Positions 43,939-51,353 of a stretch of 64,000 bases of DNA are shown here, in pieces; the first letter of the stretch is position 1, and each line of letters starts with the position of its first letter. The stretch is from positions 920,142-984,141 of the forward strand of contig CP058998.1 in assembly GCA_013426015.1 (NCBI GenBank). The letters are read 5' to 3'. Source of the DNA: Candidatus Fermentimicrarchaeum limneticum (GTDB lineage: Archaea > Micrarchaeota > Micrarchaeia > Burarchaeales > Fermentimicrarchaeaceae). Both the position numbers and the translations under genes were made by a program. The notes below the pieces were generated by a model. That model saw only the letters and a list, made by a program, of their open reading frames with translations. It was not told where the DNA came from and did no database searches.

Positions 43939-44313
43939 ATGTCCGAAGAAACTATGCTAAGTGTATTAGAAGACCTGCTCAAAGAAGAAGATGTACTAGC
44001 GATAATGTTAGCCCGAAAAAATGAAATCTCGGTGAGTCCACCACCAGACAAGTTCAAATTGAAAAATCCCTCGATATTTTCTCTTCTTCAATCAACAATG
44101 AATGAGTTTTTTGTTGTAATAGAAAAATTTTCTTCACAAGGATTAGATAAGATATATTTCGAACTAGGAGAATACGAACTCATGTTCTTTCTTATAGGTG
44201 GCGATACTGCATTAGTGTCAATAATACCCGCTCTAGCTAATAAAGGTCTCTTAGAGGTTGAGATGGAAAATGCGAGACTAAAAATAAGAGAACTTATACA
44301 AAAAGGAGTCTAA
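43939..44313 (+). CDS. Roadblock/LC7 (MglB-like) domain protein
   Basis: 124 aa. The alpha-beta-beta-alpha-beta-beta-alpha pattern, with VLAIMLARKN...IYFELGEYELMFFLIGGDTALVSIIP, is typical of Robl/LC7. Confidence 0.5.
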   Translation: MSEETMLSVLEDLLKEEDVLAIMLARKNEISVSPPPDKFKLKNPSIFSLLQSTMNEFFVVIEKFSSQGLDKIYFELGEYELMFFLIGGDTALVSIIPALANKGLLEVEMENARLKIRELIQKGV

Positions 44314-45561
44314 ATGTTTAGTGCAAGTGTCGGACTATCCAGAAATTGGGAACCTTTCGATGCGGGAGAAGAGATAGTAATAAATACCCTAGAAAAATTG
44401 GAGGGAGAACCGAAATTTTTTCTCTTATTCCCGACAATCCACTTCGAAAAAAACAATGGCTTTCAAAAATTACTTGATGGAGTTTTTTCGCAACTAAATA
44501 GGAGTACCCCACTACTTGGGTGCAGTGTTGCTGGCTTTATTAATCCAAAAGGATGCTATACGAGAGGCGTTACCAGCCTCGCAATTGCTGATCCAGACAT
44601 GCAGGTTACCATTGCCTTAGGTAAAAATGCGAAAAAGACCCCCCAGAAGGCTGCAGAAGAATTTGCCAATATGATTAAGAAAGAAAAATCAAAAAACAAT
44701 AGTGGTGTTCTTTTCCTAATATTGCCGGGATCAACTCTTCCTAAAGACATTTTTCATAGAACACGACGTATTAGCAATCCACTGTTATCGTCACTTTTTG
44801 ATAAATTTTTTCCACTCTATCTAGCACTATCTAAAGAGGGAGTGGCGAAAGAATCGGAATTCATAGACAAATTATATTCACGTATATCCGAAAAAATGAT
44901 CGGCATCTCTGCTTGGGATAATAACTTAGGTTTTAGTAACTATCAATTTTTTGGTAATCGAGTTCTACAAAATAGTGCGGTTGGCCTATATCTAAGTTTT
45001 AGTGGAGAAATAACAATAAAATATGCCACACCACTAAAGATTTTTTCAGAAAAATTACGGGTAACAAAAAAGGATAACTCTAACTATCTTATAAATGAAA
45101 TAAACGGTCTAAATGCGCCGGACCTTTTCTTCAAAGAACTAAAACTTGAAAAAAAATATCTCACCGAGGAGCTACTTAGAAAAATAACATTGGGCTTCCC
45201 TATAAGCGCATACTGCGGTAATATATTTTTCAATAGAGTTATTGGTCTATACTCTGATAAATTTTTAGGTCTAACTACTGCTCTAAATACCCCCGAAATC
45301 TACATCTCGACAGCAAGTGGCAGTTCTATAATTAATTCCTTCGATAAAGTTACAGATGGTGGAGAAAAAACCAATTTCGTTTTTGGCGTGAGCTGTGCAG
45401 TTCTTTTAGAAGAAGTAGGCAGTAAAATTTTTGAAGTAAAAAATATTCTAGAAAAAAAACAGATTAAGAATTTTCTATTTTTGTTTGGCGGTTCTGAACA
45501 TTTTATGACCGAAGTAACTCCGATTTCTAGTCAAGAGAGTTCAGTAACTACCTTTTTTTAA
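44314..45561 (+). CDS. FIST-domain-like sensor protein (FIST_N + FIST_C layout)
   Basis: 415 aa. PKFFLLFPTIHFEK...STPLLGCSVAGFINPKGCYTRGVTSLAIA resembles the FIST N-domain. It starts at the codon after the Robl stop (TAAATG). Confidence 0.4.
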   Translation: MFSASVGLSRNWEPFDAGEEIVINTLEKLEGEPKFFLLFPTIHFEKNNGFQKLLDGVFSQLNRSTPLLGCSVAGFINPKGCYTRGVTSLAIADPDMQVTIALGKNAKKTPQKAAEEFANMIKKEKSKNNSGVLFLILPGSTLPKDIFHRTRRISNPLLSSLFDKFFPLYLALSKEGVAKESEFIDKLYSRISEKMIGISAWDNNLGFSNYQFFGNRVLQNSAVGLYLSFSGEITIKYATPLKIFSEKLRVTKKDNSNYLINEINGLNAPDLFFKELKLEKKYLTEELLRKITLGFPISAYCGNIFFNRVIGLYSDKFLGLTTALNTPEIYISTASGSSIINSFDKVTDGGEKTNFVFGVSCAVLLEEVGSKIFEVKNILEKKQIKNFLFLFGGSEHFMTEVTPISSQESSVTTFF

Positions 45562-45649
45562 TTAAATCCCCAGACACTCCTCAAACCAATACACCCACTA
45601 AACAAGATACTTTTAATATGCTAACATTCAACACACCTATGGGATCTGC

Positions 45650-46891
45650 ATGAGTAAATATATAATCGCGGGAGGAGGACTGGCGGGTCTAGCTGCGGCT
45701 TATGCTATGCAGAACACCAAGAATAACATCTCATTATTAGAAGCTGAAAATAGAGTCGGCGGGAGGATACTCACTATACCCCATCATGGTCGATTCATGG
45801 ACCTAGGTGCTCAGTTCTACTGTAGAGGAAATCATAATTTTTGGAATCTTGCAACCGCGGTTGGTTGCTCACCCCCGAAGATCATCAAAGGTCTCGTCCC
45901 AAATATCTATCATCAGGATCGTAGACTTCTACTAACACTAAAGAATATCCTGCTGAACACCTCACTTAAAGAAAAGATAGAACTGTCAAAACTACGTTAT
46001 AAATTAAATAGGTTTGATTATAACTCCGATTTTAATATAGACAATGACACTACTTTTAGTGAGTGGTACTACAAGCATATTGGCAACGAAATGCTATGGC
46101 TTTGTGATGCCCTCCTACGCGGTATTTGCTTCTCATACTCTAATAAAATATCAGCCGGTTATGCATTAAGAATACTCAAGGCTATACTTGCAGATAACCT
46201 TTATACATTCAACGAAGGAATGGGGGAGATAAACACAAAACTTGAGAATTTTTTAAATAGAAGAAAAAACGTACATCTTATCCTGAAGGCTGATATAAAA
46301 AAAATAAATATAGAGAATGACGCCGTATCTGACTGCACCTATGAATTTCAAAATAATTTAGTTAATGTAAATACGAATAAATTAATTTCAACAGTACCCG
46401 CTCCGATCTTATACAAGGTATTAAATCAAAAGATAAAACCACTAAATGAGATCGAATACAGCCCCGTGGTATATCTCCTGCTCCTCTTTAACAAACATAT
46501 GCGAGGGGACTTAGACATCTTCTTCTCGGACCCGAAATTCCCCATAAGCGGAACTGCAAATGAGATGTATAAATTTCAAGGTGGTATGGGTGCACTGGGT
46601 GTTATCTTCCCAGATTGTGGAAAAATTATCAAAAAGACAAATGACCAGATAACTAACCTAGCCATCAATCTGCTTTCCGACAAATTACCTATTAATGAAA
46701 AACACATCACAGGAAGCATAGTTCTACGTTGGCATTATGGTATGCCGGTACCATCACCGCAATTTTTCATTAATCAAAATGCAATAAAAAATCATGGAAT
46801 TGACGGTTTGTATATATGCGGTGATTTTATGAATATGCCATGTCTAGAAGGGGCCATAGTAAGTGTGTATGACTCGCTTAATCTAAAATAA
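45650..46891 (+). CDS. FAD-dependent oxidoreductase, amine-oxidase / phytoene-desaturase / protoporphyrinogen-oxidase superfamily
   Basis: 413 aa. It has N-terminal IIAGGGLAGLAAAYAM...LLEAENRVGGRI...DLGAQF and the C-terminal motif LYICGDF...EGAIVS. Confidence 0.65.
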   Translation: MSKYIIAGGGLAGLAAAYAMQNTKNNISLLEAENRVGGRILTIPHHGRFMDLGAQFYCRGNHNFWNLATAVGCSPPKIIKGLVPNIYHQDRRLLLTLKNILLNTSLKEKIELSKLRYKLNRFDYNSDFNIDNDTTFSEWYYKHIGNEMLWLCDALLRGICFSYSNKISAGYALRILKAILADNLYTFNEGMGEINTKLENFLNRRKNVHLILKADIKKINIENDAVSDCTYEFQNNLVNVNTNKLISTVPAPILYKVLNQKIKPLNEIEYSPVVYLLLLFNKHMRGDLDIFFSDPKFPISGTANEMYKFQGGMGALGVIFPDCGKIIKKTNDQITNLAINLLSDKLPINEKHITGSIVLRWHYGMPVPSPQFFINQNAIKNHGIDGLYICGDFMNMPCLEGAIVSVYDSLNLK

Positions 46892-46971
46892 TATACAGTA
46901 AATTTTTCAAAAAAAGTTTATTAGTCGGTATAAAATTTTTAACAAAGATCAACTAGTAATTGTTTGCTTTT

Positions 46972-47094
46972 TCACACCTTATCTTTATTCTCAATAACTA
47001 CAGTACGAACTCCTAACTTAGCCAATTTCAATGCAGCAGTACCTCCAGCCGGCCCGGCCCCAACAACCAGCACGTCACAATTCTGAGTTACCAT
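46972..47094 (-). pseudogene. truncated 5' fragment (40 codons) of a geranylgeranyl-reductase-family gene
   Basis: The minus strand reads MVTQNCDVLVVGAGPAGGTAALKLAKLGVRTVVIENKDKV* and then breaks off into AT-rich non-coding DNA. Its ATG overlaps the stop region of the upstream membrane-protein gene. Confidence 0.7.
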
Positions 47095-47722
47095 TGAACA
47101 ACCCATTTGAAGCAGTGCCAACCCGCCTCACAATAATCTCATCCGGCGTGTCCATCACTATGAACTCGTACATCCCCCTTATAATCCTGTTGGCATACCC
47201 TCCAACCATGTGGTAAGACAAATCAAACAGAAAGAATGCCAAGAAATAAATCGGCTCGAATACACCAGCAATAACCAGTAGCAGCATTACTACCTGCATG
47301 CTGAACCTGAAGTGGAAGAATGTCTTCCAAAAAGGCGAGTTTATCAGCCCCAGATCAGCCCTGTTGTTCCCCATCTCATCAATTATCCCACCGAAAACCA
47401 AAGCCGCAATTGGGAGCCAGTTCAGCATTATCGAGTTCGCAAGGAATATCGGAATTGCAAATGCAACAACAGTTGCAACCATGAAAACCGGCGTGTCTAT
47501 CTTTCTGCTTATTGCAACACCAATCACAACTGCAATTCCTATTGAGGATGCAGTCCTGTCTGTAGCTATGATATAACCGCCCAGCAACCCGCACATTACT
47601 CCAAGTGCAATCGCAACCCTCTTGTCAAACACTCCTTCGTCATACACGCAGTCAATGTACTTCAACCCGGCCCCGAGGAAGGCGAAGCTAACAAGCAGCA
47701 AGTAATACTCCATCTCTACCAC
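47075..47722 (-). CDS. polytopic membrane protein, hypothetical
   Basis: 215 aa with about 6-7 hydrophobic spans. It is translationally coupled to the truncated reductase fragment. Confidence 0.5.
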   Translation of the reverse strand: MVEMEYYLLLVSFAFLGAGLKYIDCVYDEGVFDKRVAIALGVMCGLLGGYIIATDRTASSIGIAVVIGVAISRKIDTPVFMVATVVAFAIPIFLANSIMLNWLPIAALVFGGIIDEMGNNRADLGLINSPFWKTFFHFRFSMQVVMLLLVIAGVFEPIYFLAFFLFDLSYHMVGGYANRIIRGMYEFIVMDTPDEIIVRRVGTASNGLFNGNSEL

Positions 47723-47764
47723 ATCTGGTCGCAGTTTTTCTTTCCATCCCCGGCTATTTATACT

Positions 47765-48214
47765 TTATGCCTTAGTCACCCTGAAACCTTCAGTAACCTT
47801 CTTCACAAGTTGGTGGAAGACGAAACCCCTGTGCTTCAGATCAAGGAAGAGCTGCACGGAATTGTCGCTCCTTATCAGGTCAAATACCTTCACCCTGTCC
47901 CTCACAGGGGCAAGCAGAACGTCAATGTCAATGGGATGCCCCCTCTCACCACCTGAAATGGTAATCATGCCAATCCCCCTTGTGACATAGAACTCCACGT
48001 CCCCCTTCGCAACCTTGTCAAGTATCTTCAAGGCCCTCTCGTACTCAGTCTCCTTAACGTAGAACTTCAGCTTATCCTTCTCAAGCATTATACCGTAGAT
48101 GCTTATGCCGGCCTTCCCCAATGAGCCAAGTACGTTGACAAGCACCCTGTGGCTCTTAGGGTTGCCTTTAACGACAACATTCGCAAGCGCGTGCTTCAGC
48201 ATCTTCAGTTCCAT
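47765..48214 (-). CDS. tandem ACT-domain-like protein
   Basis: 149 aa. It has two beta-alpha-beta-beta-alpha-beta-like halves (VLVNVLGSLGKAGISIYGIM... and GMITISGG...), as in aspartokinase-type ACT pairs. Confidence 0.4.
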   Translation of the reverse strand: MELKMLKHALANVVVKGNPKSHRVLVNVLGSLGKAGISIYGIMLEKDKLKFYVKETEYERALKILDKVAKGDVEFYVTRGIGMITISGGERGHPIDIDVLLAPVRDRVKVFDLIRSDNSVQLFLDLKHRGFVFHQLVKKVTEGFRVTKA

Positions 48215-48264
48215 GCCTAGTTATTTCTAATAATAAGTATTTAAAAATAACAGAAAGAACAGGC

Positions 48265-48984
48265 CTATTTCTCTACAACTATACCTTTTGGCCCTATGCT
48301 CATCGTCCTTGCAAGGAAATCGTGCTTGGTCAGCCTCATCTTCTCCACAACCATCGTTCTCTTGCCAAGCGCCTCTATCTTCGTCATCTTTATCACGCCG
48401 TCAACTAGATACTCACATGTTTCTTTGGCGCTCTCGAACGTCCTCTCCTCGTAGACATACACCACCGTGCTCGTGCCTGCCTCCCTCACCCTTCTTATGA
48501 ACCTTGTTGTCAATGCCCTCAGAAGCATGTCCTCAGAGATAGGTATGCCGCCAACCTTCTTTATCGCCTCGAATATCTGGTCAGCTACAAACTCCTCCCT
48601 GCTGAGAGGAAGCTTGCTCAGGAAAGAAGTAAGTGAGTCGACAACAACCCTTGTTGGCTTGAATGTCTTTATATCCGAAACAATCAACCCCTCCATGTCA
48701 GGCTCCCGGGTAATATCGTAATTCTTGAACTCGACTGGCAGCCCATCAAACTTCCACCCGAACATGTCTGCCTGCTGCCTCAAGCTGTCTTCTCCCTGCG
48801 TGAAGGAGACGTACATCCCTTTATCCTTGTACTGCTTTGCGCCGTTGTAGAGAAACTGCAGTCCAAAAATAGTCTTCAAAGTGCCTGGGGAGCCCTTCAC
48901 AAGTATGGCGGAACCCTCTGGGAATCCGCCTTCAACAATCTTATCCAGCTCTTCCATACCCGTCGCAATCCTCTTGAACGCCAT
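48265..48984 (-). CDS. KaiC/RadA-like ATPase with an atypical Walker A
   Basis: 239 aa. It has GMEELDKIVEGGFPEGSAILVKGSPGTLKT, where GxxGxGKT is expected and the Gly before Lys is Leu. Walker B is RVVVDSLTS. Confidence 0.65.
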   Translation of the reverse strand: MAFKRIATGMEELDKIVEGGFPEGSAILVKGSPGTLKTIFGLQFLYNGAKQYKDKGMYVSFTQGEDSLRQQADMFGWKFDGLPVEFKNYDITREPDMEGLIVSDIKTFKPTRVVVDSLTSFLSKLPLSREEFVADQIFEAIKKVGGIPISEDMLLRALTTRFIRRVREAGTSTVVYVYEERTFESAKETCEYLVDGVIKMTKIEALGKRTMVVEKMRLTKHDFLARTMSIGPKGIVVEK

Positions 48985-49046
48985 TTCCCCACCTCATTAC
49001 TGAGAGAGATTAGTGCATGAGGGTATTTATAAGTTTATGTAAGAAG

Positions 49047-49136
49047 TAGCGGGGCGTGGATTTGAACCACGGATCTCTGGGTTTCCCACGAAGGAGATAT
49101 GAGCCCAGCGGGCACTCCATGCTACCCTACCCCGCT
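49047..49136 (-). tRNA. initiator tRNA-Met (anticodon CAT) with a 15-nt intron at 37/38
   Basis: A1:U72 acceptor AGCGGGG/CCCCGCT, and three G:C pairs at the end of the anticodon stem CTGGG/CCCAG. The loop is CTCATA..A and the T-arm is CGTGG-TTCAAAT-CCACG. The intron is 49083-49097. The helix CTCA/TGGG with flanking 3-nt bulges gives BHB geometry. Confidence 0.85.
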
Positions 49137-49148
49137 GCAGAATATATT

Positions 49149-50009
49149 CTACTTCTCAACCTTTAAAAACTCAACTATGGGTTCGACGTTCCATCCCAAC
49201 TCCAACTTCCTTATCTTCTTTAAATCCACCCACATCGCAATGCTGTGCTCCATGCCGAACTTCACCTTCCCCTCTCCTTTTCCCTCAAATACGATATAAA
49301 CAGAATGCTTGTCCAGCTTACCTTTTTTATACACCTTGGAAGTTGTGCAGAGCAGCTTCATATTCTTAATTTTCAACCCAGTCTCCTCTTCAACCTCCCT
49401 TCTCACAGCCTTCTCAGGGGACTCACCCCACTCCACCCCTCCGCCAGGGAACTCCCACACCTTCGGCTCCCTTCTTTTCATAACAAGAATCCTCCCTTTC
49501 GAATCCCTCAAGACAGCGTAAACGTTCAGCTCCTGCACCCTACCCCTCATGGCATCAACCTCTTGTATCAGCTTAACCATCCTCTCATAAGCGGCATTCC
49601 TCCCAAGCAGCCTTTCAATCCTTTCTATCTTATCTTTATCTGAAAGCTTGTCAGCATAGCAGATAATCTTTTCTTCTAATGTCTCAGGAATGAAATTCTT
49701 GGCAGGCATTCCCATCCTCCCAGCTTCCTCTTTGCTTATCCCGCCAAGCACATGCCTCTCCGCAATCCTGGCAACCTCCTCCCCTTCCCCCTCCTTCCTG
49801 AGGATCCTCCCTCCAATATAACCATGCTCCAACCCATGCGTCATGCTTCTTCCTATATCATGAAGCAAAGCACCCTTCCCAACAAGCTTCAAATCAACCC
49901 CAAGCCCATTCTCTTCAAGCTCCTTTGCAACCTCAAGAGCAATCTTTCTAACCTTCTTTGAATGGGCAACAACACTCTTCGACACTTTGTACTTCAGAAA
50001 CAGGTCCAT
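49149..50009 (-). CDS. HD-domain / NUDIX hydrolase fusion protein
   Basis: The N-terminal HD domain carries VVAHSKKV...GALLHDIGR. The C-terminal Nudix box is PGGGVEWGESPEKAVRREVEEETGL. The start is placed at MDLFLKYK. The track start is 50030. Confidence 0.75.
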   Translation of the reverse strand: MDLFLKYKVSKSVVAHSKKVRKIALEVAKELEENGLGVDLKLVGKGALLHDIGRSMTHGLEHGYIGGRILRKEGEGEEVARIAERHVLGGISKEEAGRMGMPAKNFIPETLEEKIICYADKLSDKDKIERIERLLGRNAAYERMVKLIQEVDAMRGRVQELNVYAVLRDSKGRILVMKRREPKVWEFPGGGVEWGESPEKAVRREVEEETGLKIKNMKLLCTTSKVYKKGKLDKHSVYIVFEGKGEGKVKFGMEHSIAMWVDLKKIRKLELGWNVEPIVEFLKVEK

Positions 50010-50030
50010 GCAGAAATTATAAAACAGCAA

Positions 50031-50666
50031 TTATTTAGATATTTCCTTCTTTTTCTCAACAAAAGCAAGCGGAGCGCCACAGTCAAGACATTTGAACTTA
50101 TTCTCAAACGCAACCTCAAAAGGAATCAGGACGCCCTCACCCTTCTTGCAGGAACTGCAACTGTAGAAGTCAAAGCTCTCCTCACCGACTTCCTTCAGGG
50201 GCAGCTCCTTCTTTTTCTCAAAAAGCTTGTCAGCATTCTGCAGGGACATCCTCCATATGTAGGAATACCATCCGCTGTCCTTGTCTCTCGTCCTCTCGTA
50301 GGAAGTCAGCCCCAACGAATGCAGCTTGTTCAGGACCGCCCTCACCTCGCTCAGTTTTATCCTGCACGCGTTAGCCAGATCCTCATCGCTCAACGGCTCC
50401 TCAAGAGCTTCTGCGACTGCGATGGCCTTCTCGCCGGCAACCTGCAGAATCAGATTCCTGATATGCTCCTCGGCAAGCTTTCCTGAAATAACCCTTCTTC
50501 TGGTTCTCTTCCTTCTAACTGGTCTAATCCCCAGAATTGGCTTCCTTGCAAACTTTCTGCGTATTCTTCTGGCAACCCCTGTCCTGCGCTTCCTTGCCGC
50601 AGCCACCGTTCTCCTCGCAGCCCTCTTCCTGACTCTGGAGCGCACCTTGCGCTTCCTCATCTTCAT
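50031..50666 (-). CDS. tfe: transcription factor E (TFE-alpha) with an Arg/Lys-rich N-terminal extension
   Basis: Residues 65-211 have the TFE wHTH (IAVAEALEEPLSDEDLANACRIKLSEVRAVLNKLHSLGLTSYERTRD...GWYSYIW) and the Zn ribbon CSSC...CLDCG. Residues 1-64 are about half Arg/Lys. Confidence 0.75.
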   Translation of the reverse strand: MKMRKRKVRSRVRKRAARRTVAAARKRRTGVARRIRRKFARKPILGIRPVRRKRTRRRVISGKLAEEHIRNLILQVAGEKAIAVAEALEEPLSDEDLANACRIKLSEVRAVLNKLHSLGLTSYERTRDKDSGWYSYIWRMSLQNADKLFEKKKELPLKEVGEESFDFYSCSSCKKGEGVLIPFEVAFENKFKCLDCGAPLAFVEKKKEISK

Positions 50667-50689
50667 GGGTAATATTATGGAGGAGATAA

Positions 50690-50697
50690 TATTTATA
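50690..50697 (-). promoter_or_regulatory. TATA-like box upstream of tfe
   Basis: The minus strand reads TATAAATA, centred about 27 nt upstream of the ATG at 50666. This supports that ATG, and hence the basic extension, as the real start. It overlaps the trm56 stop codon. Confidence 0.35.
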
Positions 50698-51214
50698 CAT
50701 TAGCGTCAATCTGCTTGCCATGAGCCTGCGGCACTATCCTTAACTTTGCCTTTGGGAACCGCTTTTCAAGCTCCTTTCCTTCAAAAAACCTGTCTAGGAA
50801 AACTGCAAGCGCGGCAACCTCGGAATGAGGCTGGCCGGAAACAGATACGTTGAAATCAGCATTTTTGTATACCTCTGAAGGCACCTTCTCAGCCCCCACA
50901 ATGACGAGCAAATCCTTCTCTTTCCTCAAAACACCTATCCTGTCGTTCAAAGGCTCCCCGTACATGGTGAGATGCACGGTTTTGCCCTTCCAGCTCTTCA
51001 TAACGGAACGCCAGTCCTTCCTGTACTCAACCTCAAACTTTCCCCCCCATCTTTTGACAACCCCTCCGATACTCTTTATTATCGATTCATCCTTCTCACC
51101 GGAGAGGAATACTTTGTCAGCCCCCATGGCTCTGGCTGCCAAGCATATATGTGTAGTTATCCTGACGTCCCTCCCTACACGATGACCAAGCCTGAGAACG
51201 GCAAGCATAGTCAA
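50693..51214 (-). CDS. trm56: tRNA (cytidine56-2'-O)-methyltransferase (aTrm56, SPOUT)
   Basis: 173 aa. LRLGHRVGRDVRITTHICLAARAMGAD...KRWGG...VHLTMYG...IVGAEKVP...GQPHSEVAALAVFLDR is colinear with archaeal Trm56. Confidence 0.9.
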   Translation of the reverse strand: MTMLAVLRLGHRVGRDVRITTHICLAARAMGADKVFLSGEKDESIIKSIGGVVKRWGGKFEVEYRKDWRSVMKSWKGKTVHLTMYGEPLNDRIGVLRKEKDLLVIVGAEKVPSEVYKNADFNVSVSGQPHSEVAALAVFLDRFFEGKELEKRFPKAKLRIVPQAHGKQIDANV

Positions 51215-51253
51215 ACTTTTATATTATGCTGGCTATAAAGATTACCTTGCTGT

Positions 51254-51339
51254 GGGCCCGTAGCTCAGCTTGGCAGAGCGGTTGGCTCTTAAAAACTAGG
51301 GAAACCAATAGGTCGCGCGTTCAAATCGCGCCGGGCCCG
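51254..51339 (+). tRNA. tRNA-Lys (anticodon CTT) with a 12-nt intron at 37/38
   Basis: Acceptor GGGCCCG/CGGGCCC, D-arm GCTC-AGCTTGGCA-GAGC and anticodon stem GTTGG/CCAAT. The loop is CTCTTA..A and the T-arm is GCGCG-TTCAAAT-CGCGC. The intron is 51292-51303. The helix CTCT/AGGG is flanked by 3-nt bulges. Confidence 0.88.
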
Positions 51340-51353
51340 TTTACGGTGATTCT

